Origin: Ignavibacteriota bacterium
GTDB lineage: Bacteria > Bacteroidota > Ignavibacteria > UBA10030 > CAVZMI01
Assembly (NCBI GenBank): GCA_963776275.1
Contig: CAVZMI010000021.1
Coordinates: 192,001 to 256,000 of the forward strand
Direction: 5' to 3'
DNA: 64,000 bases
The notes beneath the pieces were generated by a model. That model was not told where the DNA came from. It made no database searches and worked only from the letters and a program-made list of their open reading frames with translations. Below are positions 41,419-52,011 of this stretch, piece by piece. Positions within the stretch are counted from its first letter, which is position 1; each line of letters begins with the position of its first letter. The translations under genes were made by a program, and so were the position numbers.

Positions 41419-43155
41419 CTATTTCATTAATATCATTTTCATCGATAGCGTTGTTCCTGAACTTGTCAGTTTGTAGAAATATATACCGCTACTCAGATTA
41501 TTAGCCATAAATGTCACATCATACGATCCGGCATTTTGAACCTCATTTACCAGAACTGCCACTTCTCTGCCGAGGACATCGAACACCGAGAGTCGGGTCA
41601 TCCCCTTCACCGGAAGAGTATATGAAATTTTTGTGCTCGGGTTGAAGGGATTCGGATAATTCTGACTGAGTTCGAACTTCGACGGTACTGAAGCTGGAGA
41701 TTGGGAGACTGCGGTCAGTTGTTCAGGGAACCAGTTCAAATCGCCAAGAGCTTTGCCATCGGTTCCTGCTGATTCAAGAGTCGTATTTGAATATCGCAGA
41801 TTTTCCGGAACCGGATACCCTTGTGTTGATGCCCAGTTTGATGCAACATTTGTCCATGTACTTCTATCAGTTGGTGCAGCCATCGGATAAACGTACGGAC
41901 GATAACCACCGGCACTTCCGCTGGCAGTACCACCAAAAGCCGTATCTATCAAAGTAATCATATTTGCTATTGATTGAGAAACGAGCGTAGCATCAAATCC
42001 CGGATCTGTGTTGTCGTTGTTTGCTACGTTGACATTGGGCCATGTTATTTTATCTGTAAGAATACCAGCTCGGGCTCCGATTAATTGTTGGGGAGAAAGA
42101 CTAAGCGTTGACCATTCGTTTTGGATTGCAGCCGGCCAGAAATAAGCATTATTTGTGATGGTAATATACCGGTCAGCTTCTGTCAGGTTAAATGGAGCTC
42201 CTTTTAACGTTGCTGAAAGAGTATCTAAAACAATTGCACCAGTAAACCAATTGCCTGGATCCCAACCCCACGAAGTGGGTTGACTTGCCGAACCTACGCT
42301 GTAGAAGACATTGTTTGTAATAATTGCATTAGTGAGATGATATAATTCGAAAACACCTTGTTGGGTTGACATAAAGATTGTATTATGCTGGAAATCCAAC
42401 TTATTGCATGCATACCCTCCTCCACCAAGTACTAGGCCACCGGTAAAGAAAAAGGTATTATTACGGAAATATGCCGTATCGCAAGGAATGCCTGTCGGAT
42501 CACTGACTTCGATCCATGCCAATCCAGGATTTCCTATTGCGTCATCTTGATTGTTCCGAAACTCACAGTTGGTTACATAGAAACTGCAATGAGCATGCGC
42601 CCAGGTATCAATCAGGTTTGGTGTGTGTTGAGGACCGGTAATATTTTCAAGGATGCAATGATCAAAAATGAATACATTGTAATCTCCAGAGGGAGTAACA
42701 AAACGGCCAGTATTCGCTGCGCCGTCTGAACGAGTGCCTATGAAATATAATTGTTTTAACGTAAGAGTATCATCCCCCTGAGGTTCAAAGAAATCACCGA
42801 TAGAACTATTATCTTGGTTAATATACGGTGCAAGTACCGGTGGATGACCAGTCTTTGGATTTATTTTTCCGATAACGGTAACGTTACCTTTTACTGTAAT
42901 GGGAGCTGTTACGTAATACACTGTATCCACATCTCCTGTCGGCTCAAGCAGAAACACGGTATTCGGTTTAACGTAACCTCCGGCAACAGTATCACTGTTA
43001 ATAACATCATCGAACGAACCTGTAGGCCAGGTCGGAGGGTACGCATAAATACGAACCGTATCAATAGCATTCGCAAACATATTTGATGATGGTATTAATA
43101 ACATTATCAACATCATTACAAGCAGTGAATTAAACATTGTTTTCATAATAAACAT
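41419..43155 (-). CDS. T9SS-secreted protein, probable parallel beta-helix (glycan-binding or lyase-like)
   Basis: Signal peptide, NNTFF/HNTIF/NNVFY repeats, GDLNWF and QNYPNPFNPST. Confidence 0.7.
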   Translation of the reverse strand: MFIMKTMFNSLLVMMLIMLLIPSSNMFANAIDTVRIYAYPPTWPTGSFDDVINSDTVAGGYVKPNTVFLLEPTGDVDTVYYVTAPITVKGNVTVIGKINPKTGHPPVLAPYINQDNSSIGDFFEPQGDDTLTLKQLYFIGTRSDGAANTGRFVTPSGDYNVFIFDHCILENITGPQHTPNLIDTWAHAHCSFYVTNCEFRNNQDDAIGNPGLAWIEVSDPTGIPCDTAYFRNNTFFFTGGLVLGGGGYACNKLDFQHNTIFMSTQQGVFELYHLTNAIITNNVFYSVGSASQPTSWGWDPGNWFTGAIVLDTLSATLKGAPFNLTEADRYITITNNAYFWPAAIQNEWSTLSLSPQQLIGARAGILTDKITWPNVNVANNDNTDPGFDATLVSQSIANMITLIDTAFGGTASGSAGGYRPYVYPMAAPTDRSTWTNVASNWASTQGYPVPENLRYSNTTLESAGTDGKALGDLNWFPEQLTAVSQSPASVPSKFELSQNYPNPFNPSTKISYTLPVKGMTRLSVFDVLGREVAVLVNEVQNAGSYDVTFMANNLSSGIYFYKLTSSGTTLSMKMILMK

Positions 43156-43336
43156 CCTTTCATTGAATATTATATTTTGTTAATTATTTACTACCTGAAC
43201 AAGTTTCTCATCAGCGGGCTTAAGAACAAACAGCCGTTTACAGGAAGCCAAACTGAAAAAATGCTTCTTATTTCTCCTCCTTTTTGCATAAAATTGTGAA
43301 TTGGTTTATAAAAAATATTTTTCAGATGTCTCTTTT

Positions 43337-46300
43337 TTATTCATGTGAGTTAAATTTCCATCGAATTCCGATATCGGCCGTTAAGCCATAGTTATACTCT
43401 GATGTAGGGAATCCATTTTTTCTTACGGTATAAATGTCGGCTTCCTTATTCACGTCATTGATATCCAAATAAAGCTCTAAATCATACCATGGTAATCCTT
43501 GTTTCACGGCAAGATCCCATCGGAGATATGTTGTTTTATCAGAACGCAGAGTCCACCAGAAATTGCCTTGGTTAAATACATTTGATTGATAAATCATAGA
43601 AGCAAGAATGGAAAATTTCCCGTAGTCAAAGCCAAGCGAAAGATTCACAACATCGTTAGGTTGTTGATAGAGTCGGTCGATATATGATGTATCGACATAT
43701 TTGACGGGTTGACCAAAAACAACCACAGTATTTGTATACGGAAACTTCCCTTTAGAAAATATATGCGTATAATTAATATTCATTACTAACCCGCTCAATG
43801 GTCCCGGCAAATACCAAAAATGTGTTTGCCATTCTGCTTCAATCCCCCATACGTTTATCCGAAAAGGGTTATTAATATAGGTATTGAGAGTATAAAGGTT
43901 GGTGTAACTAGGAAATCCAAAAGCTTTGACTTGATTTGAATCAAGGTGGATGTTTTGAGGATTAAAAATTTGATTATCAATTGTTTTCAGAAAAGGGCTT
44001 ACAGCAAATAATCCGATAGTATTATCATGGATGGATACCTGAAAATCATAATTATACGCTCGTTCTGGTTTTAATGAAGTATTATTCCATGCAATAAATT
44101 TCGTCGTAGTACCAATAACTTCTTTTGGAACAAAGGTGCTGAAATCAGGATATGCTATTGTATTTGTGAATGATGCTCGAAAACCGATCTCGTCCGATGG
44201 ATTATATTTTATTATGAGATCAGGAAGCCAATACCCATGATATTCTTCATCTGTTACCATCGTGTACGGATATAAATTGGGATAGATAATTTTGCCATCA
44301 TCATATTTCATAAAGTGAGCTGCGGTATAGGAGGTTCTCAGCGCTTGATATCGGACACCGGGAATTACAGATATCCATGGACCTATATTCAACATAGCCA
44401 TGAGATACCCGGCGCTGCGGATTTCATGTCCGGAATAATCATTTGCTGTACTTTGGACCATATCATAAAGAAAATCCGGCTGATCTGCTACCGCTGTCCG
44501 TACAGCTCCAACCGTTTTCATCGTATTAATAATTTGATCGATGACATCTACATTGACTGCTGATTGCATGGAATACTCGCCTTTGAGGAATTTTCCATAA
44601 TCCATGTTTTTATTATAAAATCCCGAGATAGGAAATGGACTCTGTCCTGTTGGGTCAAGATTATATGGTGACTGGGCCAACCATGGAAGAGCTTGTACCA
44701 TAGATTGTCTGAAGCCCACCGACGCACTGCCATCATTTATATGGCCAAACCAATAATCATAATTGTAATACCGTGTAGTATATTTGTACGCGCCGCCTCC
44801 TTTTACAGATAAGGAGATGAGGTCTGAAAGATTAAAATTATATTTAATATCAAGAATGGCTTGCTTATCATCCTGCTTGTTGAAACTGCGCCACGCAGTA
44901 TTATTTGTCCATTGCATTTGATCAAGATTGATCAAGTTCTGTTCTTGGCGAACAACATCTGCAGGAGGGAGATTAGCCGAAATATTTTTTGCTCCTGATC
45001 GTTGTTGTATGAAATCCATATACCAGTTGTACGGTGTATAATTATCTGAATATCCATTCGATAGTTTTGCTTCTACTTTTAATGATCCGAATTCCTGTTT
45101 ATAACTCAGAATATTTGAGACAACATTAAGATCGTTCTTCTGTAATGATGTACCAAAAATAATTCGATCTGATAAAGCCGTATAGTTTTGTACGGTATAC
45201 TGATCGGAATGTTGTTCTGATGTCGTTGTACCATGACTGACGATATTAAAAAGAGCTAACTCACCGTCGGGTATTTTATAATCAAATGTTATTGTCGCAT
45301 CATATCGTTTTTGTATTGAAGGGATAAAGGTCAGAGTTGTGTATCCCATCGCAAGGGTATCGGGATTTTTGGTTACATTTAGATTTGAATTGGTATAGAA
45401 TGCTCCGAGCTGATCTGAAGTCAAATTTTGTCTTTGTGCAATTCCCTGCACAAAGACGCCAAATTTATCATCAAAAAATCTTTTTTCAATGCTTGCGACA
45501 AATTTATAATCTTTGTTTGAACTCATCAAATCATTGTAACCATTTTGGGCAAGAAGAGAAATTGAAGCTGCGGCGTCGGGATTTGTTTTTGCACGACGAA
45601 TATCAAAGTTGACGGTGCCTCCGATAGCTGCAGCATCCATATCAGGCGTAACTGTCTTGAAGACTTCTATACCTTCCAGCGAGCTAGATGAAATCATACT
45701 CATGTCTACCGAACGGCCACCAGGATTGTTCGAACGCTTAGCATAATCACCATTGGTGATAGAAAAGCTGCCTGCATCGTTTGCGGGTATTGGTACCCCA
45801 TCAATGGTGATGGAATTATATTTTGGTTCAAGTCCACGAATAACCACTTGCGTGGCTTCACCGCCGTTCCGTACAACTGAAACACCGGGCAATCGTCCGA
45901 CGGATTCCGCTGCGTTTGCATCAGGGAGTTCCTGTATACGTGCGGATGAAACCACATTCGTGATGTTATCTGCTGTCAGCTGTCGATTGATGGCTGAATT
46001 TTGACCGCTTGCCTGGGCCGTTACGATCATTTCGGCTGTCGTAACGTTCATGGCCTCCATTTTTATGTTTTTCTCGAGTTGTTCACCCTCTTTCACTTCG
46101 ATTTTCACCGTGACCGTTTTATAACCGATATAGGAGACTCGTAAGGAGTATGAACCCGGCGGTACAGACGGGAGAATGAACGTCCCGTCAATGATCGTCG
46201 TCGTTCCGATAGCTTTTCCTTCGAGCATAACAACCGCGCCGTAGAGTGGTGCATTCGCACTGGCGTCAATGACCTTACCAGAAATTTTTCCGGAGGTTTG

Positions 46301-46393
46301 CGCAAAGCCATCGATTGTAAGGATGGATAAGAAAATCAGGAAGATGGCGAATCCATGATTTTTTCTTTTGAAATATTTCTTATTCTTTTGCAT
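43337..46393 (-). CDS. TonB-dependent receptor
   Basis: Carboxypeptidase-regulatory-like N-domain, plug (ELPDANAAESVGRLPGV, IEVFKTVTPDMDA..IGGTVN) and barrel ending GIRWKF. Confidence 0.9.
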   Translation of the reverse strand: MQKNKKYFKRKNHGFAIFLIFLSILTIDGFAQTSGKISGKVIDASANAPLYGAVVMLEGKAIGTTTIIDGTFILPSVPPGSYSLRVSYIGYKTVTVKIEVKEGEQLEKNIKMEAMNVTTAEMIVTAQASGQNSAINRQLTADNITNVVSSARIQELPDANAAESVGRLPGVSVVRNGGEATQVVIRGLEPKYNSITIDGVPIPANDAGSFSITNGDYAKRSNNPGGRSVDMSMISSSSLEGIEVFKTVTPDMDAAAIGGTVNFDIRRAKTNPDAAASISLLAQNGYNDLMSSNKDYKFVASIEKRFFDDKFGVFVQGIAQRQNLTSDQLGAFYTNSNLNVTKNPDTLAMGYTTLTFIPSIQKRYDATITFDYKIPDGELALFNIVSHGTTTSEQHSDQYTVQNYTALSDRIIFGTSLQKNDLNVVSNILSYKQEFGSLKVEAKLSNGYSDNYTPYNWYMDFIQQRSGAKNISANLPPADVVRQEQNLINLDQMQWTNNTAWRSFNKQDDKQAILDIKYNFNLSDLISLSVKGGGAYKYTTRYYNYDYWFGHINDGSASVGFRQSMVQALPWLAQSPYNLDPTGQSPFPISGFYNKNMDYGKFLKGEYSMQSAVNVDVIDQIINTMKTVGAVRTAVADQPDFLYDMVQSTANDYSGHEIRSAGYLMAMLNIGPWISVIPGVRYQALRTSYTAAHFMKYDDGKIIYPNLYPYTMVTDEEYHGYWLPDLIIKYNPSDEIGFRASFTNTIAYPDFSTFVPKEVIGTTTKFIAWNNTSLKPERAYNYDFQVSIHDNTIGLFAVSPFLKTIDNQIFNPQNIHLDSNQVKAFGFPSYTNLYTLNTYINNPFRINVWGIEAEWQTHFWYLPGPLSGLVMNINYTHIFSKGKFPYTNTVVVFGQPVKYVDTSYIDRLYQQPNDVVNLSLGFDYGKFSILASMIYQSNVFNQGNFWWTLRSDKTTYLRWDLAVKQGLPWYDLELYLDINDVNKEADIYTVRKNGFPTSEYNYGLTADIGIRWKFNSHE

Positions 46394-46516
46394 TTCAACT
46401 CTCCAATGGTTTTTACATTTCCATTTTTTCGAGTTTCAAGTTTCTCACGGTACTAGGGATTACGTACACATACTTTTTTCTTGTTGACCCACGGTTTCAT
46501 CATTTATAGTTTTATC

Positions 46517-46528
46517 GCAAACGTTTGC
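46517..46528. promoter_or_regulatory. putative LacI-family operator
   Basis: Perfect palindrome GCAAACGTTTGC. Confidence 0.6.
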
Positions 46529-46713
46529 ATTACTGGATACAATTTTTCACGTTTCTTTCTTCATCGTTGCAATCTCTGGATTTTTTTCTCTGCGTTGATG
46601 AGTATTTATTTTCCTGTAATTCTCTATACTCGAAACATTGTCGTCGAATTCAAGTAACAACTCCTTGACTTTCGAGGCGGGTGAAACTTCATGCATCAGC
46701 CCGAGCTTCTATC

Positions 46714-46727
46714 TGCAAACGTTTGCA
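46714..46727. promoter_or_regulatory. putative LacI-family operator
   Basis: Perfect palindrome TGCAAACGTTTGCA. Confidence 0.6.
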
Positions 46728-47043
46728 AAAATTGGGGAAAAAAGTTCGTCCCCTCACCGGTCCAATAAGGTTGATGGAAAATGAAAGATATATTTTCTTC
46801 CGGAAGATGACCGAGAAAAATATATCCGGCAAAAACGTAGAAAAGATAATCATCTGCAAAATTGAAAATCCCCTCTATTGGTGGATTTGCCCTGGGAACG
46901 AAAAAATACAACAATATTTATTGCTATTTAGACGATTTTGCAATATAAAAACCGTTATATAACCGTTTCTTAACGTTTAGAGGGGTTTTTTATCCAATAA
47001 TATGGAGTTTGAACTTGATATTGTTTTCTGATATCTTCTGAAC

Positions 47044-48354
47044 ATGGCAGATAATAACAATACGGCAATCCCTTCGAATAAAGAGATAAAAACAATCGTC
47101 AATACGGTATTGAAGAGTAAGATTTTCAAAGATTCACCGATCTATTCAAATCTGCTGTTGTATCTTACCCAGGCTACACTCTCTAAAAATATTCCGAAAG
47201 AAACCACCATTGCAATTGACCTTTTTGGCAAGGACACCAGTTTTAATTCCAATAAAGATTCTACGGTACGCCACCATATCCTTGTTCTGAGAAATAAGCT
47301 CGATGAGTACTATTTGAACGAAGGCAAAAAAGATAAATTTCGATTGGTCATCCCAAAAGGTCACTATGAGATTCAAATCATTCAAGCTGCGAATGGACAA
47401 CCCAAAATCGAAAATCGTTTCTTCTCTTTTTTAAAACGTTGGGAAGTAGTCGTAATTCTTCTTCTGATATGCATTAATCTTTTCTTGATCTTTCGTCAAT
47501 TCTCTCTGAACTCATCATCGCCTTCTCCCCAAGCTACCTATTCAGTCTACCCCGAAGATCAGGTGTGGGGATCGTTCTTTAAGAATGGCTATCCTGTTTC
47601 CATTATTATCGGAGATGATTTTTGGATGGATGAGTACCGCCCCGATTACAAACGATATCGGAATGTTCGGGACTGGAATATTTCCTCAGAGAATGATTTA
47701 ACCGATTTTCTATTGAAATATCCGAAAGCAAATCTATCGAAATCGGAAATAACAGGGATCCCTTTCGGAGGCGAATATAATTTAATGGATATCTTTCATG
47801 TTGTTTATCATTTTCAAAACAATGTGTCATTATTCATGTCTTCTGCCATCACTCTTGATAATCTTCGAGATCATAACATTATTTATATCGGTGAATTCAA
47901 GAATTTACGAATCTTAAACAAAATATTTTACAAAACACCTATCCGCTATCAATATACTCCCGATGAGCGGTTGTTTATCCTTGATGAAAAAAACAATATC
48001 GCAAAATCATTCCTCCGCATCCAAGCACCCTACGAACAGCAAAATAAATACAATATTGATTACTCATTGTTAATTAAGATGCCCGGTTTTTCTAAGGAAA
48101 ATTTCATGTTCATTGTGGGTTTCGGTTACGGCGGTCGCGTGGAACGGACAAAAATGCTGGCAAATTCCGAATTACGGAAGAAATTCATCGAAGATATTAA
48201 GAAAATCAATGCATCTGTGCCCGAATATTTTATCGCTCTCTTTGAAGTAAGGAGCATCGAAAGAACGGGGTTTACAAATGAATTGAAATATTTCAAGGAA
48301 ATACCACGAGATTTCTTTACAGAACAAAAACAGGATAGTAGTATGAAGAATTAA
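47044..48354 (+). CDS. single-pass membrane protein with N-terminal winged-helix-like domain (putative transmembrane regulator)
   Basis: FKDS..YSNLLLYL...PKETTIA.DLFG...DSTVR....LRNKL.EYY, TM helix at about aa 133-151, large C-terminal domain. Confidence 0.6.
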   Translation: MADNNNTAIPSNKEIKTIVNTVLKSKIFKDSPIYSNLLLYLTQATLSKNIPKETTIAIDLFGKDTSFNSNKDSTVRHHILVLRNKLDEYYLNEGKKDKFRLVIPKGHYEIQIIQAANGQPKIENRFFSFLKRWEVVVILLLICINLFLIFRQFSLNSSSPSPQATYSVYPEDQVWGSFFKNGYPVSIIIGDDFWMDEYRPDYKRYRNVRDWNISSENDLTDFLLKYPKANLSKSEITGIPFGGEYNLMDIFHVVYHFQNNVSLFMSSAITLDNLRDHNIIYIGEFKNLRILNKIFYKTPIRYQYTPDERLFILDEKNNIAKSFLRIQAPYEQQNKYNIDYSLLIKMPGFSKENFMFIVGFGYGGRVERTKMLANSELRKKFIEDIKKINASVPEYFIALFEVRSIERTGFTNELKYFKEIPRDFFTEQKQDSSMKN

Positions 48355-48762
48355 ACCTGAGAGCAATAAGCAACCCCTTTTAATTCCAAGAGTAGCCTTC
48401 TCCTGTCAGTTTTATTTCAATGTGATAACTCTTCGTCATTCTCCGATACTTTCAATACCTCTACCGTGCTCTCGTTCCGAAAAGATTAAAAATTATTTTC
48501 TTCCCTGCAAAAATTTTTTGAATGAAGTGGTAAATTCTTACTTCTCAGAAAATGCTACACTTTTTTTAATGAAGATTTTATGTGTTGATCAGAACAAATA
48601 CTAAAAGTTGAAAGATAATTGTATGTCTACAGACCATTTTGGACCAATTGGATTAAAAATTAATAGAGATTTTTCGGAATATCAGACACCTCAAATGAGA
48701 AATCATGCAGAAATCTCAACAAAATCGATTAAACTGGAATAAAAACACTCCTTTTGATTATG

Positions 48763-48778
48763 TCTCGTTGGGGACACT
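48763..48778 (+). repeat. att-like duplication of the tRNA-Glu 3' end
   Basis: Identical to 35619-35634; extends to 25 bp with one mismatch. Confidence 0.8.
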
Positions 48779-48780
48779 AG

Positions 48781-48836
48781 TAAATTGTGAATTGTGAATT
48801 GTGAATTATGAATTGTAAATTGTGAAATGTGAATGT
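48781..48836. repeat. heptamer tandem repeat (TGAATTG)x~8
   Basis: Read directly. Confidence 0.85.
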
Positions 48837-48861
48837 AAAATTAGCCGAAGAATATATTAAT

Positions 48862-48896
48862 AAAAGCCGGATTCTCTATGAGGTCTGGCTTTTTTT
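48862..48896 (+). terminator. intrinsic terminator
   Basis: AGCCGGATT...GGTCTGGCT stem followed by a T-run. Confidence 0.65.
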
Positions 48897-49041
48897 GTAA
48901 CCACCACATATTCTATGATTTTTAGAAAACCTATCGTTCTTCATTCAACATCCATAAATCATTATTAACACTCTCTCATCATCCCTAATTTATTATCGAC
49001 AAGATCGCGCTTAATGTGCTATTGATTCCAAACTTCTGCCA

Positions 49042-49221
49042 ATGTATATTATTGGTAGAATCGTGGATGTTTGCCGTGCCATTCCTGATGTCGTCGTGCG
49101 TCTCGTCTCGGCACTAGAGTTTCACGGATTAACGACATTCAATCCCTCTGAAGTCTATATTGCCATTCCTTACGTCGGTAAATCTTCTAAAATACATTAC
49201 CCGCCGGTAGGGGTAATGTGA
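49042..49221 (+). pseudogene. AbiEi-like type IV antitoxin fragment
   Basis: Manual translation AIPDVVVRLVSALEFHGLTTFNPSEVYIAIP...YPP; N- and C-terminal parts are missing. Confidence 0.65.
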
Positions 49222-49275
49222 TAAATTGGAGTTATATAAAAACATAATATTTAAATCTATCTTGGAAAAATCCAC

Positions 49276-50190
49276 ATGGCAATGAATTCTCAAAAGAACC
49301 GAAGTAACCTGGGTGCATCCGTCCGTGCACGTCTTCTTACTCTTGCAAGGAAGAATAACCGTGACCATAACGCTCTTCTTGTCCAGTATGCTCAGGAGCG
49401 TTTTCTTTACCGGCTTTCGCTCTCGCCGCACAGGGACAATTTTATACTAAGAGGAGCATTACTTCTCATTTCATATAATCTACCATTGAACCGGCCAACG
49501 AAGAATATCGATTTCCTGGCTCAGGGAATCAATCAAGATCTCGGCAGCTTGAAGAAAGTTTTTCTTTCCATTGCGGGAATTCATGTGGAAGATGGTATTG
49601 AGTTCCCATCAACCAGCATTACAGTTGAAAATATCAAGGATAATGAAAACGGCGAGGCAAGAGTGCACTTGAAAGGGACTATTGGCGGCGCTGCTTGTTC
49701 TTTGCAGGTCGATATCGGTTTCGGAGATATTATCGTTTCGGGGCCCATTAAAGCAGATTTTCCGACACTCCTCGACTTCCCGGTCCCTAATCTGAAAGTC
49801 TATTCGCTTGAGTCTGCTGTCGCTGAAAAATTTGAGTTGATCGTTAAGTTCAATTCCCTTTCAAGCCGGGCAAAGGATTTCTACGACATAAATTTCTTAG
49901 CGTCCGTACATCCTTTTACCATGGCAAATCTCAAAGAAGCGATGATAGCCACATTCAAACAACGAGGAACCGACATAGACAGCAGGAAGGCCATTTTTAA
50001 AAAATCATTCCGAAGTGACGAACAAATGAATACATTCTGGACTACTTTTCTGAAACGCAACTCCCTCGATTTGTCTACTTCATTTTCTCAAGTTGTGAAA
50101 AATCTAGAAAATTTTATTGAACCAATCTTCAAAGACAATCCGCAGCAAATGGTGTGGCAGCCAGATACACAAAAATGGGTAATAAAATAG
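49276..50190 (+). CDS. AbiEii/AbiGii nucleotidyltransferase toxin family protein
   Basis: ERFLYRLS, LRGALLL, RPTKNIDF, VDIGFGD, AEKF and SRAKDFYD motifs. Confidence 0.85.
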   Translation: MAMNSQKNRSNLGASVRARLLTLARKNNRDHNALLVQYAQERFLYRLSLSPHRDNFILRGALLLISYNLPLNRPTKNIDFLAQGINQDLGSLKKVFLSIAGIHVEDGIEFPSTSITVENIKDNENGEARVHLKGTIGGAACSLQVDIGFGDIIVSGPIKADFPTLLDFPVPNLKVYSLESAVAEKFELIVKFNSLSSRAKDFYDINFLASVHPFTMANLKEAMIATFKQRGTDIDSRKAIFKKSFRSDEQMNTFWTTFLKRNSLDLSTSFSQVVKNLENFIEPIFKDNPQQMVWQPDTQKWVIK

Positions 50191-50247
50191 AAGTCATTTT
50201 TCACTCGCGTGCATTCACAGATCGCACTTCGGTTAATATTCTTTTCA

Positions 50248-50274
50248 TTTCCACGACCCGAACGTCGTGGCAAT
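50248..50274. repeat. REP-like palindrome (ATTGCCACGAC..GTCGTGGAAA family)
   Basis: Reverse-complement match to 51114-51140. Confidence 0.6.
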
Positions 50275-50346
50275 CCCTCGCGAATGTTCTTCCTGTAGAA
50301 GGCATTTCGATACATTCAAAATTCACAACTCACAATCCAAAATTTA

Positions 50347-50838
50347 CTAGGCTTTCCCCATATTAGCCACATAGCCTTCGACCATCAGGAGATTTTTCTC
50401 GCCTGCCTGTTTTATCACGCTAAGCAGCCGATCCATCTTCACCACCTCTTCCAGCTGTTCATCGATGAACCATTGCAGAAAACTCTGCGCGAGGTAGTCA
50501 TTCTGTTTGACGGCCAGATCCATGAGAGCTGTGATCTGGCGAGTGACTTCACGTTCCCAGTTCAACGCAGCCTGGACGGCGTCTTCGGCTGTTGCAAATG
50601 TCGGCACTGGTGCCGGAGTTGCGGGGATCTGAAGCTCGCCTTGCGTATCGAGAATATACTTGACGAACTTCATGGCATGTTGTTTTTCTTCATCGGCCTG
50701 CTCGAAGAAGAGCTTGGCTAGCAAATTCAGCTTGTGCTGCTCAAAGTGGGCGGCAATGCTTATGTACTGCATGCTAGCGCCGAATTCGTGTCCGATTTGT
50801 TCATTAAACGCCTTTGAAAGGTCTCGACTAATTAACAC
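50347..50838 (-). CDS. ftnA: non-heme ferritin
   Basis: NEQIGHE, EEKQHAMK and FLQWFIDEQLEE ferroxidase motifs. Confidence 0.9.
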   Translation of the reverse strand: MLISRDLSKAFNEQIGHEFGASMQYISIAAHFEQHKLNLLAKLFFEQADEEKQHAMKFVKYILDTQGELQIPATPAPVPTFATAEDAVQAALNWEREVTRQITALMDLAVKQNDYLAQSFLQWFIDEQLEEVVKMDRLLSVIKQAGEKNLLMVEGYVANMGKA

Positions 50839-51113
50839 GGTATTCTCCTTTGTTTGATGTAAGATACTTTTTAATAATTGATTTTCTAGTATGCTATTAA
50901 TAACACTGAGGGGTGTACAAAAAATTCCCAGATGGAACCCCCGGCACCATTTAGTTTATACAGGGGGGAAACAGGGAGGGTAGGGATTGGAAGGTAGTGT
51001 TGTAGGTTAGTATGTCCATTGGAGTCGTGGACTAGGTGGCTTCTGATTCTCTATTTAATAGAACGAAATTGGGTTACAGGTATCGGGTGGGATGAAAATA
51101 GATTTGTAATGCT

Positions 51114-51276
51114 ATTGCCACGACCTAAAGGTCGTGGAAAAGATACCGAAGTTTAAAGAGGGCTTTAGCCCTACATTTATTTAATGAGGGGTTAAAAACC
51201 CTCGTTTTCTCTCTTTTTTGTATCCACGAGCTACTCGCCTCGCTCCGCTTCGGCGGAGCGGGAAGCTCGTGGCAAT
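51114..51276. repeat. REPIN-like inverted REP doublet with nested hairpin insertion
   Basis: ATTGCCACGACC..GGTCGTGGA ... TCCACGAGCT[hairpin]AGCTCGTGGCAAT. Confidence 0.6.
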
Positions 51277-51420
51277 AGACGGGCCTGTCCACCAAGTATT
51301 CTAGCCGAAGATAATCGCTGACGACCACGGGGATCCAAACCAAATCCTGAGTGAAAAAACCGCTTTAACGGTTTACCTCATCGCTGTTTTGGCTTTACTA
51401 AAAACAACAAAGGCCATCTA

Positions 51421-51852
51421 TCAGTTATTCTGTCCCGGCAATCCTTTCGGAAACAGGAATACAATATCGGGCGTATCCGGTGTATGTTCAATGAGTTTTT
51501 GTATATCATTCATATCTCTTCGAAGAGCTTCGCTCAATTTCTTTTTTATTTCCTCTGCATATTTATCGTCCTCAAAAACGGATGCATAAATTCTATGTAT
51601 TAATCCATAATAAGGAAAACAGCTCGTCAGGATTTCATCAAAGAGCAAATCTCCCATTGGATACTCCTGATCGAATATCCAACCTTTTTCAATGTCGGGC
51701 TTCAAGGTGAAAACGAGTGGAGCGTGTAATCTAATAATCAGCTTTCTCGACACCGATCCAATTTCGTCGAATAATTTCGTTGCTTCATATTTATTTCGGG
51801 CATTGCACACGCTCAGCGTTCCATCAGCCCATCGATATGCATAGTTTGGCAT
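51421..51852 (-). CDS. hypothetical protein
   Basis: 143 aa ORF; no recognised motif. Confidence 0.5.
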   Translation of the reverse strand: MPNYAYRWADGTLSVCNARNKYEATKLFDEIGSVSRKLIIRLHAPLVFTLKPDIEKGWIFDQEYPMGDLLFDEILTSCFPYYGLIHRIYASVFEDDKYAEEIKKKLSEALRRDMNDIQKLIEHTPDTPDIVFLFPKGLPGQNN

Positions 51853-52011
51853 TGGAGTGTCTTCGATAGTTCTATTAGAGAGAACGAAAACGGGTTACAA
51901 TGATGTTGGAGTATCAATTTTGGGGGGAATCAATGGGATATGTTTTGGGCGTTGTTGTGGGATTCGTCGTAGAGTCGCCCCGTTCCATAGGGACGTCCCG
52001 ACGGGACCTCT

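Larger units (their letters stand above)
35619..48778. mobile_element. putative genomic island at tRNA-Glu (galactan utilisation cargo, no integrase)
   Basis: 16-bp exact direct repeat TCTCGTTGGGGACACT at 35619-35634 and 48763-48778. Confidence 0.6.
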
